Source: Octopus bimaculoides
Taxonomy: Eukaryota
NCBI RefSeq assembly: GCF_001194135.2
Contig: NC_068998.1
Coordinates: 7,602,756-7,666,755 of the forward strand
Length of the DNA: 64,000 nt
Direction: 5' to 3'
The translations under genes and the position numbers were made by a program. The stretch's first letter is position 1; every line of letters begins with the position of its first letter. Of this stretch, positions 24,329-37,745 are shown in pieces. The notes below the pieces were generated by a model that was not told the DNA's origin, made no database searches, and saw nothing but the letters and a program-made list of their open reading frames with translations.

Positions 24329-24504
24329 CATATTTTTATATATATATATACACATACATACATATTTTTATATGTATGCATATATTTACACGCGCACACA
24401 CACATGCACACATATGATCACACACACATATATCTTTGTACAGATTTATCTCTCTGTCTGTTTCTATCTATTTTCTATGTATGTATGTATCTTTGTATGG
24501 ATCT

Positions 24505-24506
24505 AT

Positions 24507-24585
<79 letters not shown>
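24505..24585. repeat. (TCTA)n microsatellite
   Basis: Direct reading of the sequence. Confidence 0.95.
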
Positions 24586-24588
<3 letters not shown>

Positions 24589-24685
24589 GTCTATCGATGA
24601 TGACGATGATGATGATCATTAGGATGATGATTTCACTTAGAATTCTATAAGTTTTCAACAGCGGATTGACAGCGACATCTAGTAA

Positions 24686-24752
24686 GGCCAAGCCAGTCCA
24701 GACTGACGAAGTGCAGTAACCCCGAAACTAGTTACTGGGTGCTGGCTTTGCT
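24686..24752 (+). ncRNA. Hammerhead-like motif with extended stem I
   Basis: CTGACGA (24703-24709), A, G(T)GCAGTAACCCC, GAAA (24724-24727), C-TA-GT-T. Stem I is CCAG/CTGG plus AAGCCAGT/GCTGGCTT. Stem II has a mismatch. Confidence 0.45.
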
Positions 24753-24906
24753 GTGTGGAGGTGCTTATCTCCCCTATTCGGAAACTTAAAGACACAGAGC
24801 GCTTGTGTCGCGTAGCGGACTAGAAACTGTGTTTCTTGGAGCTAAATAACAGTAATAGTCTTCCTTTTCCTGCGACTGCCACATTAAGTTGGTAACAAGC
24901 CATCAC

Positions 24907-24937
<31 letters not shown>

Positions 24938-25931
24938 TTGTGTGTATGTGTGCATATATGTATTTATATATGTATTTATATATGCATACATATTTATATA
25001 TACCACATGTTCACACACAAAAATTACAAACCTAAAATTTGTAGAGAAGGGAAGAAAGAGGTAAAGACAGAGAGAGAGAGGGAGACAATAAAGGAGCAGG
25101 AGAGGGAGAGGAAGGAAGGGGGAGTGTTTCTTTGTATAATTGCTTGTCCAAGCAAATGATAACATACTTAAGTAGTTGCAATACGTAGATGTAGGGTAGA
25201 GTAGGAGGGATGAGTCTTCATTTTGTTGTTTGGAGTGTTAATAAGAAAGTTCGGCATGGAGGGAGGGTACCGAGGGTGGTGTAGAGAGGAAGTTCTCAAT
25301 CTATCTATCTATCATCAATTACAAACTTGTATGATTGATTGGTTATTTACTTCATTATTTATATGCTGGTTTGATTTCCTTCAAATTAACATATGTCTAT
25401 TTATTTATTCATCTATTTGTGTATTTATTTATTTGTTTGTTTATCTGTTTATTTGTTGTTTGCATCAGTAACCAGGAGTTTCTAATTGTAAAGGAAATAA
25501 ATAGACAAATAAAAAAATAATAACAAATAAATGAAATAAGGAATAATTATAGAAAAGATGATAATGATGTATACTGGAAGTGTTGGTTTTGCTGTTGTTG
25601 TTGTTGTTGTTGTTGTTGTGGTAGCTTGGGTAATTTCTTACAGATCGGATGCTACTCTTCTTGACAATCAACATTAATGAACCATTCAGAGTAAATAAGA
25701 TCCTGGAAGTAAAAAAAAGGAAAAGAAAAACAATACAACCACCCCAAAAAAAGCAAAGGTAAGCGATAAATAATTACATGATTTATAAGAATATTTGCCG
25801 AGCTAAAGAAAAAATACAAAAAAAAAATCTGCATTAGAGCAACCCACCTAAATGCAAAACGCACACAACAAATAGGTAAAGACATATATAACTGAATACT
25901 GACATTTGTTTATAAATACACACACACACAC

Positions 25932-26005
<74 letters not shown>

Positions 26006-26063
26006 TAATGTGTGTGTGTGTATGTATGTATGCATCTATATATGTATATATATATGTATTTAT

Positions 26064-26109
<46 letters not shown>

Positions 26110-26213
26110 ATANNNNNNNNNNNNNNNNNNNNNNNNNNNNNNNNNNNNNNNNNNNNNNNNNNNNNNNNNNNNNNNNNNNNNNNNNNNNNNNNNNNNNNNN
26201 NNNNNNNNNNNNN

Positions 26214-26244
<31 letters not shown>

Positions 26245-26543
26245 GCACTGTTCGTTTATCAAGTATCATTCTGGCATACACTGGTGCTTACAATTGTCAA
26301 GTATTACCTCTAACATTTATTTTACCTATATATATATATATATATATTAATAGATAGATACATACATAAATTCATTTGTTTTATATGTGTATATGCGTGT
26401 GTGTGCGTGTGTGCGTGTGTGTGTATGCAGGACGTCTCATAATGATGAGGTACATTTTAAATGAAAGGAACTAGGATTGGACGCAGCGCGTTTATTTGTG
26501 TGAGTGTTCGATATATAGATAAACAAAATATGTGTAACACATG

Positions 26544-26587
26544 TTCGTATAAGACATCCTGTTCGTATAAGACATCTTGTTCGTACG
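26544..26587. repeat. 18-bp tandem duplication GTTCGTATAAGACATC(C/T)T, about 2.4 copies
   Basis: Direct reading of the sequence. Confidence 0.85.
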
Positions 26588-26597
26588 TATGTACATA

Positions 26598-27003
26598 GGC
26601 GCAGACGCGGTAGTGTGGTAAGAAGCCTGCTTCCCATAAACATTGTTCCCGATTCAATTCCACTGAGTGGCACTTTGGGCAAGTGTCTTCTTCTATACCT
26701 TCTGGCCGACAAGAAACTTGTGAGTGGATTCGTTAGTTGGAGACTGAAAAAAGCCCATCCTATATGTGTGTGCGTATGAGTCTCTCTGAGTGTTTTCATG
26801 TCTGCGTTTGTCCCCATATCGCCGCTTGACATTCAGTGTTGGCGTACTTTCGTCCCCGTAACTTAACGGTTCGGCAAAAGACCGATAGAATAAATACTAG
26901 GTTTAAAAAATAAAACCTGGAGTCGATTTGATCTACTAAAGCCGTTCAAGTGCTCCAGAATGGCTGCAGTCAAATTACTGAAACAAGTAAAAGAATAAAA
27001 GAA
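26598..27003 (+). mobile_element. SINE family B, full length with imperfect target-site duplication
   Basis: Runs from the head to a (GAATAAAA)n tail. Flanks are TACGTATGTACATA (26584-26597) and TACGTGTGTATATA (27004-27017). Confidence 0.9.
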
Positions 27004-27006
27004 TAC

Positions 27007-27047
<41 letters not shown>

Positions 27048-27053
27048 GAGAGA

Positions 27054-27085
<32 letters not shown>

Positions 27086-27242
27086 TACAATATGTGGATA
27101 GTGTATCCTGTTCATGCTATTGCATTAGCAATACCCTGCGTTTGAGATCAAATTATTTCTGTATCTTTCAATACACCTCAACGCTTCTAAAGCAAACTTT
27201 GTTTACTTCTATCATAAGTTGAATTGTAAAATATATATTGTG

Positions 27243-27551
27243 AAGGAACATGGCTCAGTGGTTTAGTGGCTTGGGTATTTGGGTCATGATCATGTGGATG
27301 TGGGTTCGGGTCCAAAGAGCGCGTCGTATTCTCGCACAAGATATTTATTTCATGTTTCCCCAGTTCACTTATCAGGCAAAAATGAATTGTTACTGTAATT
27401 CAAATGTCATATTCTGTGTCATGCTGAACTTCCCCGAGAACTATGCTAAAGGTATGCATGTCTATCGAGCGCAGAGTAAGTTGTATATTAACAGGTTGTT
27501 CCATTCATCAGATCTGGTGGAACATTCGTCATGGCAACTGACGGGAGTGCC
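27243..27551 (+). mobile_element. SINE family C, degenerate full length
   Basis: A-box TGGCTCAGTGG, GGCAAAAATGAATTG, CCCCGAGAACTA and terminal GACGGGAGTGCC match the reverse complement of 41383-41709. Confidence 0.7.
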
Positions 27552-27984
27552 ATAAAGAAATTTTAAAAATAACAATAAATAACGATATTTTGTTATAATC
27601 TTTTTAATAAGCAAAGGTCATATTTATGAACCAATCAAGCAAAAATATGTGTAATTGTGACGCTTATTGTTTTCACCGAGACAACCGTGGCTCAAATAAT
27701 TTAAAATGGGTTTTACTGAAAATCAGAATTATATTGTATATTTACTGCAAACCTACCTGTTGCGCGAACATTCTAACCTTTTCAGAAAAACAAATATTCT
27801 GTATTATAAAAAGTTATGAAATATGTTTGCAAAACTTTGTTTCAAAATTTTCAACAAAATGATATAAATTCATTGTATTTCAAATATTTCATCACATGAA
27901 TACATGCATCAAACAAATGGTTTCTATTAATCTGTTTACCTTTCTGTATATCTACAAATCTATCGATTTATCTCTCTATCCCTC

Positions 27985-28048
<64 letters not shown>

Positions 28049-28527
28049 CATGCACACATATGCATACATATGTATATATAGCTAACCATATTACATACAC
28101 ACACACGCACACACACTCATCTCTCAAAGACTGATCATGGAGTTTCAGACATGTCTAGCATATAGCCTATTAATAATTTCCAGCTATATTACTTATGTAT
28201 ATATCTTAATAATGTCTGTTTGTATAAACATGTGAGTGTGTTTACAAACAGAGTCAACATCAACAAAAGCTATAACAGCAATAACAACAACAGCAAAGCA
28301 ACAACAACATTAATAACAATATAAAGAACGAGAACAAGAAGAAAAAGAAAACGAAGACAGTGAAAAAGAAAAGGACAGAAAAATAAAAACGGTAACGTTT
28401 GTCATGCAGAGCTAACTTTCTTGAAATTTATGTAATCTATTTTTAAATAACATTCGTATGCTCCTAGATAGACACATTGACGAATATCTTAAAGAAAGCA
28501 GTGACACTGATAATAATGATAATAATG

Positions 28528-28587
<60 letters not shown>

Positions 28588-28833
28588 TTAAACAAATAGA
28601 TATATAAATAAATAAATCAGACAAAAAAGAATAAACAAAATCTTTTTTGACAAGGCAGAAAAAATAAACAACAAAATAAATATATTGTACATACATACAT
28701 ANNNNNNNNNNNNNNNNNNNNNNNNNNNNNNNNNNNNNNNNNNNNNNNNNNNNNNNNNNNNNNNNNNNNNNNNNNNNNNNNNNNNNNNNNNNNNNNNNNN
28801 NNNNNNNNNNNNNNNNNNNNNATATATACATAC

Positions 28834-28864
<31 letters not shown>

Positions 28865-29422
28865 CATACATTTATATTTATGTATGTATAAATATGTTTC
28901 TACGTATACATAAATATGTATGCACGTACACACACACACACTCACAACACACACACACACACAACACACACACACACACTCACAACACACACACACACAC
29001 ACAACACACACGCACACACACACACATATATATATAAGCATATTTATGTGTGTATGTACATATAAATCAGTTATATTGTAATTGAGATGTCTGGGTGGGG
29101 CAGTACCTCGGAAAAGATTTCACTTTGGTTCTCACCCGACTCCCGGCTCCCACCTTATAACTCCTTGAATCTGTCTAAATGCGACGGCAACCACACCCCA
29201 GGCAACAACCTCCACAGCACCTTTTATTTATTTATCCCCTGACGAGATACGTCTGCATCACCAGACACTTCTGAACCATTTGTTGTGTGTCTCACACCGT
29301 CTCCTATCAAGAGATATAATGAATATCCTGGAAACAGCTGTAAGAACTTCTATTTATAAATGTTCTAAAATCTTCACAGCCTTGAATTTTTATCTCATTC
29401 CGAAATATATATATATATATGT

Positions 29423-29643
29423 ATGTAGAGAATTCACAAAAGAACCCCAAAAAGCAAAAGACGTATACAGGTGGCGTAGACAACAAACAAATGTACTAGT
29501 ATAAAGCTCGGGAAGTGAAAAGTCTTTAACGTTTCGAGCCTACGCTCTTCCACAGAAAGGAACACAGAAAGAAACAAGGAGAGATAATAAAGAATGTGTA
29601 GTGGCTAGCGAAATATCATGGCGAATGCCGGACACAAGGGTCA
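29423..29643 (-). mobile_element. Penelope-like terminal-repeat fragment between (TA)n and (TATG)n tracts
   Basis: Same family as 13078-13225 and the stub at 12765-12811; carries the hammerhead-like core. Confidence 0.55.
29524..29559 (-). ncRNA. Minimal hammerhead-like motif (PLE type), core variant CUGUGGA
   Basis: Minus strand CTTT-CTGTGGA-A-GAGC(GTAG)GCTC-GAAA-CGT-T-AAAG; perfect stems I and II and a palindromic AACGTT. Confidence 0.55.
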
Positions 29644-29717
29644 CGTATGTATGTATGTATGTATGTATGTATGTATGTACGTATGTACGTGTGTATGTAT
29701 GCATATATGTATGTGCA

Positions 29718-29793
<76 letters not shown>

Positions 29794-30059
29794 ATACTTA
29801 TATATATATATATATATGCACAGATGCAAATGCTTCAAACATATGTACAATAATTTATTCATGCCAATATTTCACATATAATTTAGAATTTATATTTTTT
29901 TTGCATTGGTTTTTTTTTTAATTAAACATGATATTGTTCACATATTGTTATTTCTGAAGCAAATTTTAGCTGCACATTCTGCCACTAAACTGCATATATG
30001 AAGCATATTCTTGGCTTGATTTATTATTTCTTTTATGTTTTCCTTGCAATCCGCTGCAT

Positions 30060-30620
30060 TCTGTGTCGAGTTCAATTATTCGTAATTAGATGAATTTTTC
30101 TTCATCGTTTATTTCGTTTATATTTATTTCTTGAATTTGTTTAATGTATTGAACTCGTTTCAGTTATTTTATTATTTTATTTTGTTTATTTAATTTTCCA
30201 TTTATTTATTTATTTTTTACTTAGTTATTTAATGTATTCATTTAAATTTATATCTGACATTTGTAAATAGTATTTATTTGCATTAATTTGATGCATTTAT
30301 TTATTTTTATTTATGTAAATTTTAACTATTTCTTACATATTTTGATTTTATTTAGATTCAGTTTTTTTTAAATACTTATTTTATTTAATACCTCTTTAGT
30401 TATATATTTAACTTTTTCATTTTATAGTCTTATTTTTACATTTATCTATGTTTACTTATTCTTTAATTATGTTTATATTTAGTAATTTTGTTTCATAGTT
30501 GTTTATTTTGTCCAATAAATGCCTTAATTAATTAAATTGTTGTTTATTTACTAAAACTATTTCTTTTCATTATTTATTATATTTCCTCATTCTAAATTTT
30601 ATTTTATTTCATGAATTATT
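30060..30620. repeat. Extremely AT-rich, T-biased low-complexity tract
   Basis: Dense TTTATT-type runs. Confidence 0.8.
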
Positions 30621-30974
30621 TATCTTCTTTGAAGCGACCTTGAGCAAAGCAGGATAAACATTCAGAAAAAAATAGAAAATATTAAAAAAGAACACGTAAA
30701 AGAAATAAAATGCATTATTATATTTAGATAACGACTTCTTTATTTCTCAAAGACAAAAAACATGGTGAGCTATTTTTTTGTTTATTTTCTACTGATGAAT
30801 CAAATGATATTTTGAACACAAAGATTTATCAAGGATTAACAGTGTGAAATTATGCTTTTCATTTGTTTCAGGGGTGCATTCATCATTGCTTCATGTTTAT
30901 ACAGCATCTTCGTTTATACAGTATTTTCTCATATCTCATGTCTATTACTAGAAACTATTATTCGTTAACTCTTT

Positions 30975-31077
30975 TGCTTTTGGAGTATCACCGTTAGTCA
31001 AACAAATCGACTCGAGGACTTATTCTTCGTAAGCCGAGCATTTATTCTTTCAGTCTCTTTTGCCGAACTGCTAACTT
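30975..31077 (-). mobile_element. SINE family B, 3' fragment
   Basis: GTCAAACAAATCGACTCGAGGACTTATTCTT...TCTCTTTTGCCGAACTGCTAACTTAC. Confidence 0.7.
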
Positions 31078-31173
31078 ACTGGCGACGAAAAATGGTGCCT
31101 GTACATCAATATGAAGCAGCGCAAGGAATGGCTTAGCTCCGGTAAACAAGCCACACCACGCGTGAAACAATAA
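31078..31173 (+). pseudogene. Mariner transposase fragment (first catalytic Asp region)
   Basis: Translates as TGDEKWCLYINMKQRKEWLSSGKQATPRVKQ*; TGDEKW is the mariner DD34D first-Asp motif. Confidence 0.85.
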
Positions 31174-32649
31174 AGGGCGCGTGAAACAATAAAGGACGTC
31201 GTTTTACATATGCGCTTGTACGCAATCGGGAGTGAAGATGTACGCAGTCGGGAGTACAGATGTACGCAGTCGGGAGTACAGATGTACAAATTGAAATGCA
31301 AAAGAACCCCAAAACAAAACAAAACGAAATAATGAATTGAAAGTTTGGTAATTGCGTTTATTTCCACCACGCGACACTTATGAGATCAACGAGTTGCTTA
31401 TCGAAAGAGTGCTCTTTGGTACAAGTAAATGCCGATGAAATCATTTCAAACCTTTCCAATTTCCCTTATCAAAACAGTTAGAACTTATGCAAAATCTGAC
31501 ATAAGTCATTGTCACCCGGGAAGAGGATATTTTATGCTCAAGAACGAGAGTGTATTTGATAGAAATTGTTGAAATACATATGTAGTTCATATGAGTAGCA
31601 AATTGTGGAGGATGGTATTCACTGTACTTGGATCCAGTTAGTTTGAGTCGTCTCTAACCCTAGGAGATATTATCATAAATATTCCATTATTTCAGGATAC
31701 AGGAGTAAACCAGACAGACTACCATTTGAGGAATCAATCTGCTTATGGCTCAAAATTATTAAAAGACAACATATGTCTTCAATGTTTGTGAGATATTTCA
31801 TGGTAATGTTTTTTAACTAGAAGCTTCCAGCCCTTAATAGCTTATGGCTTAACCAAATCTAAATCCAGTTCTTGCATTCCATTCATGACTTAGGCAGCTT
31901 TAATTCAAACATGGTGTATTTAGGCATTGGTGATTTGATTTATCATTTGTATTCTTAAGAATGTAGAGTGTGTTTTAAAGAAGATTTTGCAGTTATTTCT
32001 TGGTATCTCAAACAACCACGCCGAAATTTCCTCATTGGTTAATCATGAATTTCGTTAGGTCACTTGCACTTCACCTATCATTTGGTATCAATTCTGACTA
32101 TTGCAAATAAAAAAAAAGAATTAAATTAATAAAACAAGAATCAGTGGCAGCTGTTCCTCCTTTCTTCTCCTTAACAAATAAATAACAAAAAAAGAAATAA
32201 TAATAATAATAGTAAGCCATTTTAATCATCTCATAGATCTAGGAAAAACCCCAAAGAAAGATAAAGAAACAATGAAATAGAAACACCATTAATAGTGACT
32301 CAATTACTGAAGAATTATGGTAAGGAATAAAATCAAAAACAAAAGAAAAACAAAATAAAGTAAAGCAAAACAAAAAAAAACATACACAATGACCCCTGCT
32401 AGTTATGAATTGACTATAGTGAAGGAATTTACTTCATACTTTTAACAATGAATAAAGAAGGTGTTGCTGGAGATGAAAATGTCTGAACAAACAGTGGAAT
32501 AAGATAGAAGTAAATCAGAGCTAATTGTAGATATAGTCTTGCTATTATCGTGGCATGAATCATGTCATTTATTTTGAAAAGAGCTCCTTTTAGAATGAGG
32601 AATATATATATTTTTTACAACAATTGCCAATAATCTCTAGTTTGTGTGC

Positions 32650-32747
<98 letters not shown>

Positions 32748-33006
32748 ATATTGATTGAAAACTTAAATGAATAGAATATATATATATATATATGAGCATG
32801 AGCATATATGTGACTCTGTGTGTGTGTACATACACATATAGATATATATATATATATGTATGTGTATACATACATATATAGAAATATATATACGTCTATG
32901 CGTTCGTAAGCACGGACGTATATTTATGGTGTATATAACATGCAACAGTATATGTATGCTATGTATGGTATATAGCCATATATTTATCTGCTTTGTATAT
33001 ATATGT

Positions 33007-33037
<31 letters not shown>

Positions 33038-33477
33038 AGTGTGTGGGTGTACATACACACACACATATATATATACATACACACATACATAAATATATAT
33101 ATATATATATGTATGTATATGTATATATACACACAAATACACATACACATGATTTCTCTCTCTATCGTAAAGACTTTCGGTGAATACGTATTAAAGGTTA
33201 GTGTAGCAATTCTTTTTTTTTTTAGCTCAATCAGAATCTATTGAAGAATCACAACGGTAGAGAATATGATATGGAGTAGAGTTGAAGTATAATATTGCAG
33301 TTATTGTTGATGAGTGCAGAGATACTTTTCAGCTAATTATTGATGAATGCCACTAGACATATGAAACTCCGGCTAATCATGACAGTATGTGTGTACGCAC
33401 GTGTGTGTGTGTGTGTGTGTTATGTGTCTGTGTATGTGTGTGTGCGTGTGCATATATATATATATAGATATATAAAT

Positions 33478-33493
33478 CTGGACCTCTCTCTCT

Positions 33494-33543
<50 letters not shown>

Positions 33544-33610
33544 GACTGGACCTCTCTCTCTCTTACTATATATATATACATATCTGGACCTTTCTCTCTT
33601 ACTATATATA
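33478..33610. repeat. Three copies of CTGGACCT(C/T)TCTCTCTTACTA separated by variable (TA)n
   Basis: Copies at ~33478, ~33546 and ~33584, with a decayed fourth copy near 33720-33745. Confidence 0.8.
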
Positions 33611-34105
33611 TATATATACATATACGTATGTATTTATATGCAGTGTATATTTATATATATAAATATATATATATATGTATATATATATATACACTATATA
33701 TATATATACACCTCTCTGTACCTCTCTCTCTCTCCCTCTCTTACTATATATATACTATAAATATACATATATATATATTTATACATACATATATATATAT
33801 ATATGTATATATATCACAGTATTGATCTAGACCATTACATGCTGTTACACACCACTGAGCACAATGCTCTTCCTATTTTGCCTTGATTGCACCATTCTTT
33901 TCCATTTTGATTCAAATTGCTTGACTAAATTGTCTTACCATCTTCGAGCAGACTTTGAAAGGGGCATTTTCTATTCTCTTGGATATCACTCTGGATCTGA
34001 ACATGTCCACCCCTGTTCCCTAAATCTTGCTACATGTCTTGCCCAGTGGAAGTTGTGTCTTCAATATTCTGTGCTGTGACCACATTGCTTATTCTGCTTC
34101 GTTCA

Positions 34106-34145
<40 letters not shown>

Positions 34146-34149
34146 GACG

Positions 34150-34186
<37 letters not shown>

Positions 34187-34275
34187 CATTATCGTTGTTT
34201 AACGATCACCTTCCATGCTACCTTCGGTGGGACGGTTTGACAGGATATTTAACTGGAAGCCCTTCCTAACACCAA
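34187..34275 (-). mobile_element. RTE-type retroposon 3' tail
   Basis: Plus strand TTTAACGATCACCTTCCATGCT...GACGGTTTGACAGG is the reverse of the recurrent tail. Confidence 0.5.
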
Positions 34276-34305
34276 CCATGCAACAATATATACACATCCA
34301 TACAC

Positions 34306-34352
<47 letters not shown>

Positions 34353-34828
34353 CTTATAGCTACTTCTTGTCTTAAATGTTCATATTAGAAGTTATGTCAT
34401 GATATAATACAATTTCAACAACTCTTGGATAGAATAAACAGCATCTCTATTGCATATATCAGCCCCATAGCGGATATTCCAAACTGCATTACATTTTAAT
34501 GAAATACTTGTCAATTATGCAGTATGTATGCTCTTTATGCCTGTCAGCAGTGTCTATGCATGGCACCTAATTACAGCTATGTCAGTTAGTCCAGAAGAAT
34601 GTTTGATGTCTGTACAAAGCATAGTTCTCACAGCATAATACAAGTCATTGATCCTTTGAAAGGACATTATATATTCTGGAGAAATATATGTGTATGTATA
34701 CATGTGTGTGAGTATTTTATATATTTTATATATATATATATATATAAATAAACACACACACACACATATGCCTATATATGTGTGTGCATGAATGTATTTA
34801 TATGTACAAATATGTATGTGTTTGTTAG

Positions 34829-34865
<37 letters not shown>

Positions 34866-35519
34866 ACACGAACACACGGTAATATACATAATATTCATTC
34901 AGATGTAATGTGCGAACAATGTTATATGTAAGCGTACGTGGTGAATCACTGCTCCGTTTGGGATTTGAACTTTTTATGCAAAACACATAACACAATGAAA
35001 TGTATGATTATAAGATCTCGTATTCTCGATTAATGATTGAGTATATAACATAAGACACTTCACGAACTGAAATAATGAGGTCTCATGCATATTTCTATTT
35101 TACTATCTGTACGGGTCTGGCCGTCTCGTTAAGAAGATTGTTTTACGACCATGCAGAATCTTGGGTAAGTTATCTGCTACAATCTCAGGATGTCCATCAT
35201 GATTCTGACGTTATCGTTCATGTATAGTAGTAAGATATAGCATTATATATACATACATATGTTTATGCCTTTAATGCTGTTGACGCCACTGAAGTGAATG
35301 GTACTGTGCAGATGTCGAAACCATAGGGATATACGTTTGACAGCTGACGATGCGAATGCATAGTTGATATGGTTGTCTGTGAATATTTTGTTTTGGGGTT
35401 TCGTTAGGATGAGCTGCCTTTCATTCTCGTAAATTTGAAAATACTTTCGGATTCATAGTTTATGGTAATTAGGTAGAAAGCATACCAAAGCAATCATTCG
35501 AGTACATCGTAACCGTCTG

Positions 35520-35590
35520 CTTCAGTTTGATTCTGTCAAATTCTCCAACCCATGCCAGCATGGAAGACAGATGTTAAGTGATGATGACGA
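35520..35590 (+). mobile_element. RTE-type retroposon 3' tail
   Basis: CTGTCAAATTCTCCAACCCATGCCAGCATGGAAGACAGATGTTAAGTGATGATGACG. Confidence 0.6.
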
Positions 35591-36619
35591 AATGTGCGTG
35601 TGCTTGTTTTTTCATCCATGTATATTTATGTGTGTCCGCACACAAAATCGTATATATATACATATANNNNNNNNNNNNNNNNNNNNNNNNNNNNNNNNNN
35701 NNNNNNNNNNNNNNNNNNNNNNNNNNNNNNNNNNNNNNNNNNNNNNNNNNNNNNNNNNNNNNNNNNNNNNNNNNNNNNNNNNNNNNNNNNNNNNNNNNNN
35801 NNNNNNNNNNNNNNNNNNNNNNNNNNNNNNNNNNNNNNNNNNNNNNNNNNNNNNNNNNNNTTATATTTTTACATTTTCCTCTGGTAAAGCTTTTTTCCGT
35901 TTTTTTTTTGTTTTCATTTTGCAACTAACTAATGCTTATGAATAAAATAACCATTCATTTTTTTATAGCGCTAAAACAAATTGTATATATATATTTATTT
36001 ATCTATTTATTTATTTTGCAAATATTCTGTATTCTAATAGGTTCTTATTTCATAAAATCATTGTCATATAGTTGAATATTTCACAAACAGAAAAGAAAAA
36101 AAAGAAAAGAGATTATATCTACATTTTTATGCCGTTTTAAAAAAAATAAAAGTGGATATTTACTTATATAAATTTCTATAACTGTAATAGATTAAGATTT
36201 ATTTTGTTTTTGATAGCAATATATGTAAATATTTGGCTCTATATTTATGTGTAAATCTATTCACAGACACGCATATACATACGTGTTTTATATATGTATA
36301 TATATATTTGTATATATGTATATATTTGTATATATGTGCAAATACACACCCATTCACACTTGTAGACACATATACTCCTGCAGTAATGCTTAAATATAAA
36401 TACATATGTGTGTTTGTGTGTGTGTATGCGAGTCTATCTATCAATCTCTCTCTAGATATAGATATAGATAGATACATAAATACACCCATTTTTATGTATG
36501 TATTTATATATAAAAACAGTTACTAGTTTTAAAACATTACATAATACTCGTACAATGTCAAAGCACAGCGATATATTTGTAAATTATTAATATTTGCAAA
36601 CACACACACACACACCCAC

Positions 36620-36667
<48 letters not shown>

Positions 36668-37678
36668 TCATAGATATATGGTACACACACACATACACAC
36701 ACACATACACACACACACACATATATATAAATACATGCACACATTTATATACATATATACATATAAACGTACACAGACATCCACGCACATATGTATGCAT
36801 ATACACGTACCGTTAATGTTTGTTTTTATGTCGAGTTATATATAAAAGACAATTTGATATTAAACTGAAGGGTTATTCAATATACGTTCTAGTGTACATA
36901 TACTTTTACAAGACATAAGGGAACATTAACTTCGAAGTTTCGTCCTGCTACCCTCCGTTGTTCTCCGATACACTTGTTTGCTCCCTCAGATTTTTATTAT
37001 TTTTGGGGGGTGGGTTAGGTAGTGCCACGGTGCATGTTAATTAGGATGTATGTATGTACGTCTGCGAAGGAAATGTATAGCGGAGGTCGTGAAGGAGCAG
37101 AGGTCGAAAGTATGTTTGTAGGCTGAATGCCGAGGGAAAGATATTATAGTACGTTTTATTGTTTGAATTTTGAGTTGTGCTTTTGTTCAAAGTTCAGTTA
37201 AGCGTGTAAAACTTTGTTATCGGTTGTTTCTAGTCTAGTCTTAGTGTATCAGCTTCAGCCCATGAGATTGTTAGAAAAGAAATTTCTTTATTATTATATG
37301 TGTGTAATGCAGAGTTTGTGGAGGGGGATGACTCATGGCGTGATTGTTAGCGTTGTTGTGTCCGTGATCCTAAGTTTATGGTTTTCACTTTCCCGGAGAC
37401 CGAACACTACGTTTTGTTTCGGACAACGCGCTTCATTATATTTGGTGTCTCTTTACCCTCGCACAACCGCCAACGCTGTTGATTAGTATAGCTACATGCC
37501 GGTGCCACCCTTTCTCTGTCCTTCCAACTGTCATATTATTGCTATTCTGTTGGTCAAAGGTTAAAGAGACAGAAAGGATTCCACGTCTTTTGGCAAGTGC
37601 TAAGCACTTAGCACCATAAACGAAAGCATGGCACATGTCATTATGCATTACTCCACCAAGACTGACGATTGACTGCAT

Positions 37679-37745
37679 TTTTATAGGAACTCACATTTTA
37701 TACGAACTCATATTTTATACGAACTCACATTTTGTTCGAACTCAC
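37679..37745. repeat. 17-bp minisatellite TTTTATACGAACTCACA x4
   Basis: Units at 37679, 37696, 37713 and 37730. Confidence 0.9.

Noticed and set aside
29236-29270. CTGACGA followed by a GATAC/GCATC hairpin
   Set aside because: The required GAAA and the cleavage triplet are absent, so it is not a complete hammerhead.
29997-30095. Signal-peptide-like short ORF MKHILGLIYYFFYVFLAIRC...
   Set aside because: Hydrophobicity follows from T-rich composition; there is no splice donor or downstream coding support, and it is on the wrong strand for the acidic exon.
31697-31803. Possible plus-strand exon (ttatttcAG ... CATG|GTAATG) with an open frame YRSKPDRLPFEESICLWLK...
   Set aside because: No homology recognised and isolated; it cannot be distinguished from chance without RNA data.
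33478-33610. CRISPR-like repeat-spacer pattern
   Set aside because: Spacers are only (TA)n, the context is eukaryotic, and there are no cas genes.
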